Shown here: positions 33,643-42,555 of the stretch, one piece after another
Numbering within the stretch: the stretch's first letter is position 1
Layout of the letters: the number at the start of each line of letters is the position of its first letter
From: Candidatus Dojkabacteria bacterium
GTDB lineage: Bacteria > Patescibacteriota > Dojkabacteria > J137
Direction: 5' to 3'
Length of the DNA stretch: 64,000 bases
NCBI GenBank assembly: GCA_030950485.1
Contig: JAUZRK010000014.1
Span: 2,431-66,430 of the forward strand
Translations under genes and position numbers: made by a program
Notes under the pieces: model-generated
Databases searched by the model: none
Told to the model about the DNA's origin: nothing
What the model saw: only the letters and a program-made list of their open reading frames with translations

Positions 33643-34372
33643 ATGAAAAATAAAACAATATTACTTTGTGGTGGAAATGGTGAGTTAGCTAGAACTTATT
33701 ATAAAACCCAATCCAGATAATCATTTTATTCTAGTTGATATAGATAAAGAACCGCATTCAGATAGTAAATACTTGAGTAACTTTAGTTTTATCCAAGCAG
33801 ATATTACTAACGGTGAGGAGTTAGAAAAGAGAATCAAAGGTAATATTTCTAACTTAAAAATTGATAGTATTTTACTAACTCCAGCCTATAACTCTCATCG
33901 ATTACTCAAAGATACTGCATATGACGAAATCAAGACAGCAATTGACCGTAAAGCTATAGGATTCATTAACTTAGTAAAATCGGTTCTAAACCATTTGAAT
34001 TCAGGTGCATCAGTAGTATTTATAGGATCAGTCCATAGCCTAAGCACAAAGGATAATTCGTGTGTATCATACTCAGCTGCGAATGGTGCAGTAATTTCCT
34101 CAGTAATTAACTTAGCTATTGAATTTAAACATTTGTATAGATTCAATGTAATTTCACCAGGAGGGTTCGTAACTGAAAACTATAAAAATACATACTTAGA
34201 TTGGAAAGATAAACTAAGAAAAAAGACTGCATTTCCGATTGATAGTATAATAAATACAATTGAATTTTTATTTAGTGATATGAGCTATGGTATTTCTGCT
34301 CAAAATATAATAGTAGATGGAGGGCGATCAGTTATGAGATGTAGCGCTGCAGATTGGGAGCTTAAAGTATAA
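33643..34372 (+). pseudogene. short-chain dehydrogenase/reductase, frameshifted near 33703-33709
   Basis: ATG at 33643 gives ILLCGGNGELA (Rossmann motif) and then stops. The second frame continues with ILVDID, YSAAN, RFNVISPG and IIVDGG. Confidence 0.8.
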
Positions 34373-34518
34373 CTAAAAAAGTGCTGATGGAAATAGCTTA
34401 GAAGCTTTTTATAAGCCCTCAACGAAGAGTCGAAATTTTTACTGTAATTATTCTGTATTAATTTAGTTGACCAATACATCTTAGCTATAATAAGTATATA
34501 GCAACTATGACTTAGAAG

Positions 34519-35445
34519 ATGCCTGTTCTATATTCTACAAATGGGAATACCCATAATAATTCCCAAGACGAAAGTAAATATATACTACAAGAGGATACGC
34601 CCGAACAATCTGTTCAACTTATAACTGCACATCTAGACAATTTAAGTGAACAGGGAGTTCCAGTTACAACTCTTTTACACCACCTTACAAATGATATTGG
34701 CAGAATTGCAGTAATTATTACAGGTTCTAACTCGGAATTACAATCTAGTGATAAAAAAATAGCTTTGAATCCAGAACGAGTAAGGGTAATACTAAATGCT
34801 GTAGAAGCAAATAAAAAAAGATATTCTTACCTAGATGAAATTCAAGACTATGCTGGTACGAGCGATTCAACTGTAAACGCGTGGAGAGAATGTTCAACTC
34901 TTGCTCATACCTATCCGTTTATCGTAGCGCCTGGACATACTATGAGAATAATACCTTTTAATATCGTTACCGATGAAGCTGTACTTCTCGATAATATATG
35001 TAGCGGAACTGCAATTGGTAGACACTGCTCAGAGATAGCTAGAAACAAAAATAATCCTGACTATGAAGGCTATTATAGGTTACTAGACTGGATAAGAATT
35101 AGTGAAATCTTTGAGCAAAATACAGACCTATTTTCTGAGTTACCGGAACTTGGTTTTCAAGTTATGAAGTTTAGTGAATTAAATGCAAAGTCAATTTAAA
35201 TTAAAGGAGAATATCCATATACATGGATCGAATAACCAGTTGAAGTAGGCACAAATCCTGATTTCATTTGGTTTATAAAGAATGAAAAGTTAATTGACTT
35301 CAATCCTAGAGTTGCTGGGAGAGGAAATGAAAAACAACAGGCAATAGAGAGGGAAGTCGAAAAGCTTAGATTAATTCAACGATATGCTCCTGAATTTGAC
35401 CTCGCAATAAATGACGCTGAGCTTTGGCCAATAAGTAGTAAATAA
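34519..35445 (+). pseudogene. hypothetical protein with two in-frame TAA stops (35197, 35233)
   Basis: The frame stays coding-like after both stops until TAA at 35443. Confidence 0.55.
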
Positions 35446-35580
35446 AGCTCGAATATTCCGACTCAATTCTTATACTTTCAATTCCCGTTTAATTGAAATG
35501 TAAGTTTTATAGTATACTTTTATCTAGAAAAATAAATAAAATAGAATTTTTGTTTAGCGAGAAAAGTATTAAAATAAGTT

Positions 35581-36570
35581 ATGAATGATGATTTAGGTTT
35601 TCAGCTCTTACTTTACATTAAGGATAATGGAGCACATACAGCTACAGAACTATCAGAGGTTTTTAATATAAAGAGGACTACTCTTCTCTATCAGCTTAAT
35701 TTTCTAATTGAAAAAAAACTAGTCGATAAAGAAAAAAAAGGAAGAGAAGTATATTTTAAAATTAATTCATTAAGCTCAATAGAGAGTTACTTTAGAGACA
35801 AAATTGATATTCTAAACAGTCAGTTAGATAAACTTGTACTAGATACTACTAAACTAAATCGAAAGCTTGTAGTTATTGCTGATGATTTTGGACTTACAAA
35901 ATCCATTAGTGATGGATGCCTTGTTGCTTATAACTCAGGTATTATAAGTGAATTAGCTCTTATTCTAAACTCTAATGGAACAAAATATGCTTTGGATAAA
36001 ATTATAGAAGCAAATATTAGAAACGTTGGACTAAATTTTGAGTATGAGTTTGCAAATAATGAACATATATCGCAAACCGAAGCTATTAATTCTATAAAAT
36101 CAGGTATCTTTAATTTTCAAAAAGATGTTGGTTTTAAGCCATCAAGTATTTATCTAGCCAAAGAGCTCTATTTAAGGTTAGAGATATTGGAGGAAATTGC
36201 TAATTATTGTAAAGAAAACTCAATTTCTTTACGTTTACCAAAAATTATCAATCAAAATAAAAGTGAAAATTACGCCGCAGAGGTAATGATGAACCGAGTC
36301 GGCGTTAAAACTACAGACTTTAATACAACATTCGAAAAGACATTCTCTATTTATAAACTTAAAAATAATATTCTTAACATTCTAAACAATATTGAAGAAA
36401 ATAAGAGTCTAGAAATAAATCTATCTCCAGGCTTTATCGACAGAGAAACCGTGGAATTAGTAGATCAGATTATAGATAGAGGAAAACATTTAGTAATATC
36501 TATTGATAATGAATTAGAAGAAGAGATTAAGAAATTAAATTACCAGATTGTATCATTTAACCAGCTATGA
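35581..36570 (+). CDS. winged-HTH (TrmB/ArsR-like) fused to a degenerate YdjC/ChbG deacetylase domain
   Basis: HTH TATELSEVFNIKRTTLLYQL followed by KLVVIADDFGL. The His motifs are replaced (GLN, SSIYLAK, LSPG). Confidence 0.8.
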   Translation: MNDDLGFQLLLYIKDNGAHTATELSEVFNIKRTTLLYQLNFLIEKKLVDKEKKGREVYFKINSLSSIESYFRDKIDILNSQLDKLVLDTTKLNRKLVVIADDFGLTKSISDGCLVAYNSGIISELALILNSNGTKYALDKIIEANIRNVGLNFEYEFANNEHISQTEAINSIKSGIFNFQKDVGFKPSSIYLAKELYLRLEILEEIANYCKENSISLRLPKIINQNKSENYAAEVMMNRVGVKTTDFNTTFEKTFSIYKLKNNILNILNNIEENKSLEINLSPGFIDRETVELVDQIIDRGKHLVISIDNELEEEIKKLNYQIVSFNQL

Positions 36571-37379
36571 AGAAGAAAGTTATAGTAACAGCCTCCGATT
36601 TTGGGCTTACTAAGCCTGTTAATGAAGGAATTAAATGGATAATACACAATCCCAATAATATCCTTACTGAACTTTCTCTAGTAGTTAACGCTCCTGGAAG
36701 TGAACACGCAGCTGAAATGGCAAAAACTTTGAACGTAAATGTCGGAACCTGTTTTAACTTAACTAGATTTAAGCCAATTAGCGATCAAGTTGCTACTCTT
36801 ACAAAGGAGAATGGAGAATTTTACAAACCTGATTTAGGTAAGTGGGATTTTAGTTTTATAGAAAAATTTAAAGAAGAAGAAATTAAAAGAGAATTAGAAG
36901 CGCAGTATAAATGGTTCTTAGAAAAAGTTAATAAAAAGCCAACGTCTATAAGATTTAGGAAAAATGAAAATGGAGATCCTAAAATCTTAAAACCTGTTGC
37001 CGAGATCGCTAAACGAGAAGATATAGCAATGGCAACTCCAGTTTGGATATGGCGGGAGAACTTCTCTGCACATAACTTTGCTAAAGAAAAAGGGGTTAAA
37101 CTTACTGATCATGTAATTATTACCTCACCCGGATGGGCGCATGAAAATCATTCAATAGCGGTCGATATTACAAAGACTGATAAGCTTGTAGAAACTATAA
37201 ATCAAAATAATGGTATTAGCGAGGTAGTTATTATTGCTGGCTTTTTAGATAAAGAGCTATTAGAAATTACAAAGACACTAAATTGGCAGAGATTGATTCC
37301 AATTGAAGTAATAAAAAACGGCGAGCTTAGTAGCAGACTCAAAGATGAGTTTGAACTGATAAGTTTTAGTGATTTATGA
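36567..37379 (+). CDS. YdjC/ChbG-family protein, catalytically degenerate
   Basis: VIVTASDFGL, SLVVNAPG, GTCFNL and ELEAQ motifs; overlaps the previous stop (ATGA). Confidence 0.82.
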   Translation: MKKKVIVTASDFGLTKPVNEGIKWIIHNPNNILTELSLVVNAPGSEHAAEMAKTLNVNVGTCFNLTRFKPISDQVATLTKENGEFYKPDLGKWDFSFIEKFKEEEIKRELEAQYKWFLEKVNKKPTSIRFRKNENGDPKILKPVAEIAKREDIAMATPVWIWRENFSAHNFAKEKGVKLTDHVIITSPGWAHENHSIAVDITKTDKLVETINQNNGISEVVIIAGFLDKELLEITKTLNWQRLIPIEVIKNGELSSRLKDEFELISFSDL

Positions 37380-37401
37380 TAAATAGAAATTAACTTATTG
37401 A

Positions 37402-38646
37402 TTAGCTCTTTTCCTCCCAAACCTTACAAATCTCAACAACCGTCCTCATAGAATCAAACATATCCTGCAAAGAAATATATTCCTGCTTACCATGATAATT
37501 TTGTTGCCCAGTGAAAAGCTTAGGGCAAGGCAAACCTTTATGCGTTAAAGTAGCGCCATCAGTTCCCCCTCGAATTGGTTTCGTAATAACTTCTATGCCC
37601 AATCTGTCCATCGCCTCTTTAGCATAATCTACAACCTTAATATGATTTTTGATTACTTCATTCATACTTTTATATTGCTCATTAAACTCAACCTCAAATT
37701 TAGCTCCAAATTGATCAGCAGCTTTTTTAGCAAGTGTATTAATAATTTCCTTGTAATCATTTATCTTCTCTAATTCAAAATCTCTAAGAATAAATGTAAT
37801 ACTCGCCTCTTCATTTCCTGAATTCATAGTTATTGGATGAATGAAACCTTTATACCCATCTGTATGTTCAGGTGAATGTTCATCAGGTAGAAGTGTCACA
37901 AAATATGAAAGAGCTTTTATTGCATTAATCATTTTATCCTTAGCGTAACCAGGGTGAATAGCCTTTCCAAAAAATTTAACTTTAGCACCGTAAGCATTAA
38001 AATTTTCAAACTCTATTTCGCCCTTTACGGATCCATCTAAAGTATATCCATAATCAGCTCCGAACTTCTCTACATCAAAAAACTTAGTACCAGTTCCAAC
38101 TTCCTCATCAGGATTAAATAAAACTTTTATATCACCATGTTTAATTTCCGGATGATTAATTAAATAATCAATTGCAGACATTACTACAGCCACTCCAGAT
38201 TTATCATCTGCTCCAAGCAATGTTGTACCATCAGTAGTGACAATATCGTGTCCTACTAGATTCTTTAGATATGGATTGCTTTCTACTTTGATCACCTGAG
38301 TAGCATCATTTATAAGCTGAATATCTGAGCCATCATAATTCTCTATAAGTTGAGGATTTACTTTTTTACCTGTAACTTCAGTTGCAGTGTCGACATGAGA
38401 TACGAAAGCTAAAACTGGAACATTCTTTTCTGTGTTAGATTTTAGTATCGCAGTAACATACCCATATTCATCTATTTTTGTATCATCTAAACCAAGTTCA
38501 TTTAACTCATTTTTCAAATCGTTCAATAATACAAGCTCCTTTTCAGTACTTGGGTAAGTTTCAGAGTCTGGATCAGACTGCGTATCGTATTTTACGTATT
38601 TGAGAAACCTTGTTTTGATTTTGTCGAGATACTTTTTATTATCCAT
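37402..38646 (-). CDS. pepT: peptidase T
   Basis: SHVDTA, GTTLLGADDKSG, PDEEVG, HPGYAK and PIRGGTDG motifs. Confidence 0.96.
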   Translation of the reverse strand: MDNKKYLDKIKTRFLKYVKYDTQSDPDSETYPSTEKELVLLNDLKNELNELGLDDTKIDEYGYVTAILKSNTEKNVPVLAFVSHVDTATEVTGKKVNPQLIENYDGSDIQLINDATQVIKVESNPYLKNLVGHDIVTTDGTTLLGADDKSGVAVVMSAIDYLINHPEIKHGDIKVLFNPDEEVGTGTKFFDVEKFGADYGYTLDGSVKGEIEFENFNAYGAKVKFFGKAIHPGYAKDKMINAIKALSYFVTLLPDEHSPEHTDGYKGFIHPITMNSGNEEASITFILRDFELEKINDYKEIINTLAKKAADQFGAKFEVEFNEQYKSMNEVIKNHIKVVDYAKEAMDRLGIEVITKPIRGGTDGATLTHKGLPCPKLFTGQQNYHGKQEYISLQDMFDSMRTVVEICKVWEEKS

Positions 38647-38713
38647 TTGAATTTCTTTAAGTATTTAAATTTTATCAGATTTTATTATAGTTAGAGTTTA
38701 TATATTTCTCTTG

Positions 38714-39674
38714 GTTTGTGTCCCTCCCCCAATCACTCCCAGGAGGGGAGAAACAAAATAATTCATTTTTATTTAGTTTTATTTACTTAATTATTATATA
38801 TTTAATTTTAAACTAATATGCTTGCTCTGCCTTATCCCTCTCCTGAGAGAGTAATAGTGTGAGGTATTCTCAGGGCCAAGACTAATACAATTTTGGAGAC
38901 CTCCCTATCGATAGACGTCTAATTCAAGAGTAGGAAGAATTCCACTCTGCTTATTCCCTCTCCTGGGAGAGGGTTAGGGTGAGGGACTACACAAGCTTTA
39001 ATCATACGCTAATCTTTAAGCAAACCAACCCAACATATATTTAGGTGAGGAACTAGTGCTACATATCACTCACTTACACCATCCCAAACTCCGTCTATAA
39101 AATTCTTAATAGACTGTAAAACATCATCTACAGAGCTGACAACTTGAAACTCTGTAAATCTAAGCATCTTATAACCAATTTCACTTAGTCTTTTCTCCCT
39201 TCCTCTATCATATTCATATTTATTATCATCATGACTGGCTCCATCTATTTCTATAATAAAATTATACTCCTTACAGAAAAAATCAACTATATACTTATCT
39301 ATGGCCCTCTGTCTATAAAATTTAAAGTTATTCAACTGCCTATTTCGTAATTTACTCCATAACTTAATTTCTGCTGGTGTTTGTTTTTGTCTATTTTTTC
39401 TTGAAAATATTTTTAGATTTTTATTATACTTAGAGTTTTTATATTTCATTTAGTTTGTGTCCCTCCCCTAACCCCTCCCAGGAGGGGGATAAAACAAGAA
39501 CATATTTTTAGTTTTTAATATTCAATAATCTCTCCGAGCACTAATAATCAATAATAACATTATATTTGTTGAGTCTTAATTACATAAGAAACGCTAGTGA
39601 CCCTCACAGTAGAAATCTAAACTAACTTCCTGCATTGTTTTCCCTCTCCTGAGAGGGCAAGGGTAAGGGACTAG
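38714..39674. repeat. cluster of BoxC/PIT-like GC-rich hairpin+tail repeats (at least 5 copies, both orientations) around the DUF559 gene
   Basis: Copies at 38714-38756(+), 38836-38866(-), 38956-38995(-), 39453-39497(+) and 39642-39674(-). Consensus is approximately GTCCCTCACCCTAACCCTCTCCCAGGAGAGGG. Confidence 0.85.
39066..39449 (-). CDS. DUF559 family (Vsr-like) endonuclease
   Basis: QTPAEIKLWSKLRNRQL, KFYRQ, YIVDFFC, IEIDGASH, DRGREKRL and LRF motifs. Confidence 0.93.
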   Translation of the reverse strand: MKYKNSKYNKNLKIFSRKNRQKQTPAEIKLWSKLRNRQLNNFKFYRQRAIDKYIVDFFCKEYNFIIEIDGASHDDNKYEYDRGREKRLSEIGYKMLRFTEFQVVSSVDDVLQSIKNFIDGVWDGVSE

Positions 39675-39697
39675 TGGTTTAGCCTTAGATCAAACCG

Positions 39698-40450
39698 CTA
39701 AGCTTCTACAAACAAAAGCCCATACATAATTCCTATACCAATTAGTACAAATAAGACTTGTAGTAAGTTCTTTTTAAAATCAGATTCGTGTTTTATTTCA
39801 GGAAATAAATCAGCAATAGCAATGTAAAGAAAAGAACCAGCTGCAAAAGCTAGTAAGTAATTAGCACTTCCCTCTAATTTTGAATCAGAGAAGTAAGCAA
39901 GTAAGGCGCCTACAATAGCAAAGAGTGCCGATACAAAATTAAAAAATACTGCTTTAGATCTACTAAATCCAGAGTGCACTAAAACGCCGAAATCACCTAT
40001 CTCCTGTGGAATTTCATGCGCTATTACAGCTATTGTTGTCGCAATACCTATTTCTGTACTTGCGGTAAAGCTCGCAGCGATTATCATTCCGTCAATAAAA
40101 TTATGAAGTCCGTCAGCTATTAAATTATTGACTGCTACAGGGTGAGGATGATCTGTTGTAGTTTCATTATGGCAGTGATGCCAATGTAACAACTTCTCTA
40201 AACTTAAAAACGAAACTATTCCAAATAGCATCATCAACGCAATCTCCTTTTTAAATTCTCCGTCAGTCTCTACTATTTCTGGAATAATATGAAAAAATAC
40301 ATCTCCTATTAAACTTCCAGCAGCTAAACTAACTAAAAAAATTATTATTTTATTTAAAAACTTATGGGAAAGAGATAAGGTTAATGCTCCAACGAGAGAT
40401 ATAGAGCTAACTATAAATGTCACTAAGATTATTTGAAGAAATGTACCCAT
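39698..40450 (-). CDS. ZIP family metal (zinc) transporter
   Basis: HWHHCH loop, DGLHNFIDG and HEIPQEIGDFGVL motifs. Confidence 0.95.
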   Translation of the reverse strand: MGTFLQIILVTFIVSSISLVGALTLSLSHKFLNKIIIFLVSLAAGSLIGDVFFHIIPEIVETDGEFKKEIALMMLFGIVSFLSLEKLLHWHHCHNETTTDHPHPVAVNNLIADGLHNFIDGMIIAASFTASTEIGIATTIAVIAHEIPQEIGDFGVLVHSGFSRSKAVFFNFVSALFAIVGALLAYFSDSKLEGSANYLLAFAAGSFLYIAIADLFPEIKHESDFKKNLLQVLFVLIGIGIMYGLLFVEA

Positions 40451-40471
40451 TTATAAATTTAAAAATCTAAG

Positions 40472-40783
40472 TTATGAACAATCGGAACATATTCCTGTTA
40501 AATTAGTAACTTCAGAAAAATTTTTTATTTTAATCTTCTTTTGTATAGTTTCAACATGACCACAAGATTCACATATCAAGTGTTGATGATCATCAAGTGA
40601 TGAAAGTTCATAAAAAGTTTCTTTAGAATTTGTAAAAACCTCTTTAATAATATTATCTCTCTCTAATCTTTTTAAGTTTCGATAAATAACTGACTTTTCA
40701 ATTTCGGGCAAGATATCTATTAAGTTATTTAAAGAGAGTAAGTGATTATTATTAAATTGTTTTAGTATTTTATCTTTATTCAT
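40472..40783 (-). CDS. Fur-family regulator (Zur-like)
   Basis: SVIYRNL, HQHLICESCG and GICSDC motifs; co-oriented directly upstream of the ZIP gene. Confidence 0.88.
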   Translation of the reverse strand: MNKDKILKQFNNNHLLSLNNLIDILPEIEKSVIYRNLKRLERDNIIKEVFTNSKETFYELSSLDDHQHLICESCGHVETIQKKIKIKNFSEVTNLTGICSDCS

Positions 40784-40800
40784 ATGCAAGTTAGTTGCAT
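40784..40800. promoter_or_regulatory. putative Zur/Fur operator
   Basis: Palindrome ATGCAA-GTTAG-TTGCAT abuts the regulator start codon; a related GCAACTAAGTTG follows at 40813. Confidence 0.55.
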
Positions 40801-40900
40801 TTTAGCTCAACCGCAACTAAGTTGTCAATTTAATTGTCACTATTGCTATAATGTAGCGTCTATTTAGATTATAAATAGCTAAATTATTAAATAACTATAA

Positions 40901-42423
40901 ATGAGTATAGTAGAATTGGAACCAGATGCTGTAGAAATGATACAAGCAGAAAACATGAAGAGATATGAGCAACTTAGGAATGTTCCTGGTAGCGCAGACG
41001 GTGAAGGACCACCTGTAATTGATATATTAGGAGAGTCTTCTGAAGCAGAAGAAGATAGGAAGAATGTATTTAAAGCAGTTAAACATAATCTAGGTAAAGT
41101 AGGTGAAGATTTCTCTAATAGTCCAGATTATGATCCAGAATCAATTACTAATCAAGAATTAGTAGCTAGAAGATTCTTTAATCTACGTCAAAAATTTGGA
41201 AATGACTATATTAGTGAAATTGTTTTGGAAGATATAAATTCACCTAAGTACTGCGTCGTTAATCAAAGAGCAAATTTAATGCAATATCCAATTGCAATTG
41301 ACGACTATGGCGATTATCCATATCAATTTGATTTCAGAGAAGGATTAGAACCAAATGATTGGATACTGGGTATTTTTGACGGAGTTAATGCAAACGAGGC
41401 TGGTCTTATTGTAGCTAAAGCAGAAGTTGGAAAGGGAGATATTAAAGAAAAGTGGGCGTATATCAGAACTCATAATAAAGAAGGTTGGATTAGAGAGGAT
41501 GACTTGGCGATGAAAGAAAAAGATGAAATAGATTTTGATCCGCTAAGACCTGCTAAGAATCAAGAAAGATTAGGCGAAAATTTTGGGGTTGTAGTAGAGA
41601 TAGGGCTTAAATATGATCCTATCCAAAAACGATTAGTATCAGTAGATCCATTTAAAACTAATGATAAATTAAAAAACGATCAAATAGATAAAATTGTAGC
41701 TGGTGGAATGCTTGAAGATATTGGAGACGGAATAGCAGAAAAGGGTGAAAGATCATTATTATCTTTAGGTGATCCTATTAAAATTATTTCTGAAGTTGAA
41801 GAAGATTTTTTAGTTGAACTAGCTAACGGTAAACAATATCTATTAGATAAGAATTATCTAAATAGAGGCTACTTGGAGAAAACTCCAGAAAATTTTAGAA
41901 TGATGCTAGAAAAAGCAATTGGAAATCCATATTCGTGGGGAGATGGAGATGGAATAAATTTTGATTGTTCCGGACTTACAGAAAGAGTTCAAAAAGCTTT
42001 TGGTATTGCAAGTGGAGCTGGAAGTGACGCTCAGACATTGGAAACGATTTAGGATTAGTGTATAGAGGAATGGATGTAGATTTTCTTCCTGCAGATGTTA
42101 ATGAACTTATTAACCTAGGAGTTGATATTGACAAGTTAAAAGGTAAATTCTTTTTAGTAGGAATTGAAGGAGCTCATGGTATGTTTGGAGAAATAAATGA
42201 TGATGGAAAAATTCTCTATTATCATTCTATTGGCTATACTACGGATATGAGTAAGCTGCGAAAGTTAAATAATGCTGAAACAGAGGCTGATCATCAAATT
42301 AATCCTACGACTAAGTTCTTTAGAGTAAATAAAGAAATACTTGTTCCCCTAAATAGTCAGGAAGAAGGTTTTAATATAGCTATCAAAGCTAGAAACAGAA
42401 GAATGGCAATTTTAGTAGTGTAA
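40901..42423 (+). pseudogene. SH3-like + NlpC/P60 cell-wall peptidase, frameshifted near 42035
   Basis: PYSWGD..FDCSGLT lies in the first ORF and the expected catalytic His (AHGM, YYHS) in the second. The alternative frame reads GNDLGLVYRG across the junction. Confidence 0.75.
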
Positions 42424-42440
42424 TTAAAACAAGTCTTAAT

Positions 42441-42471
42441 AAAGAGCGGAGACTAAACCTCTGCTCTTTTT
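42441..42471 (+). terminator. intrinsic terminator
   Basis: AAAGAGCGGAG..CTCTGCTCTTTTT hairpin with a T-tract. Confidence 0.7.
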
Positions 42472-42555
42472 AAACTTTCCTTGAATCATATCCCTAAAAC
42501 AATGTATTATGAATTTGACTCTGAATGAAATTTCTAAATATTAAGATAACTAACC

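Noticed and set aside
38714..39674. CRISPR array
   Set aside because: The repeats occur in both orientations, are unevenly spaced and degenerate, and there are no cas genes in the window.
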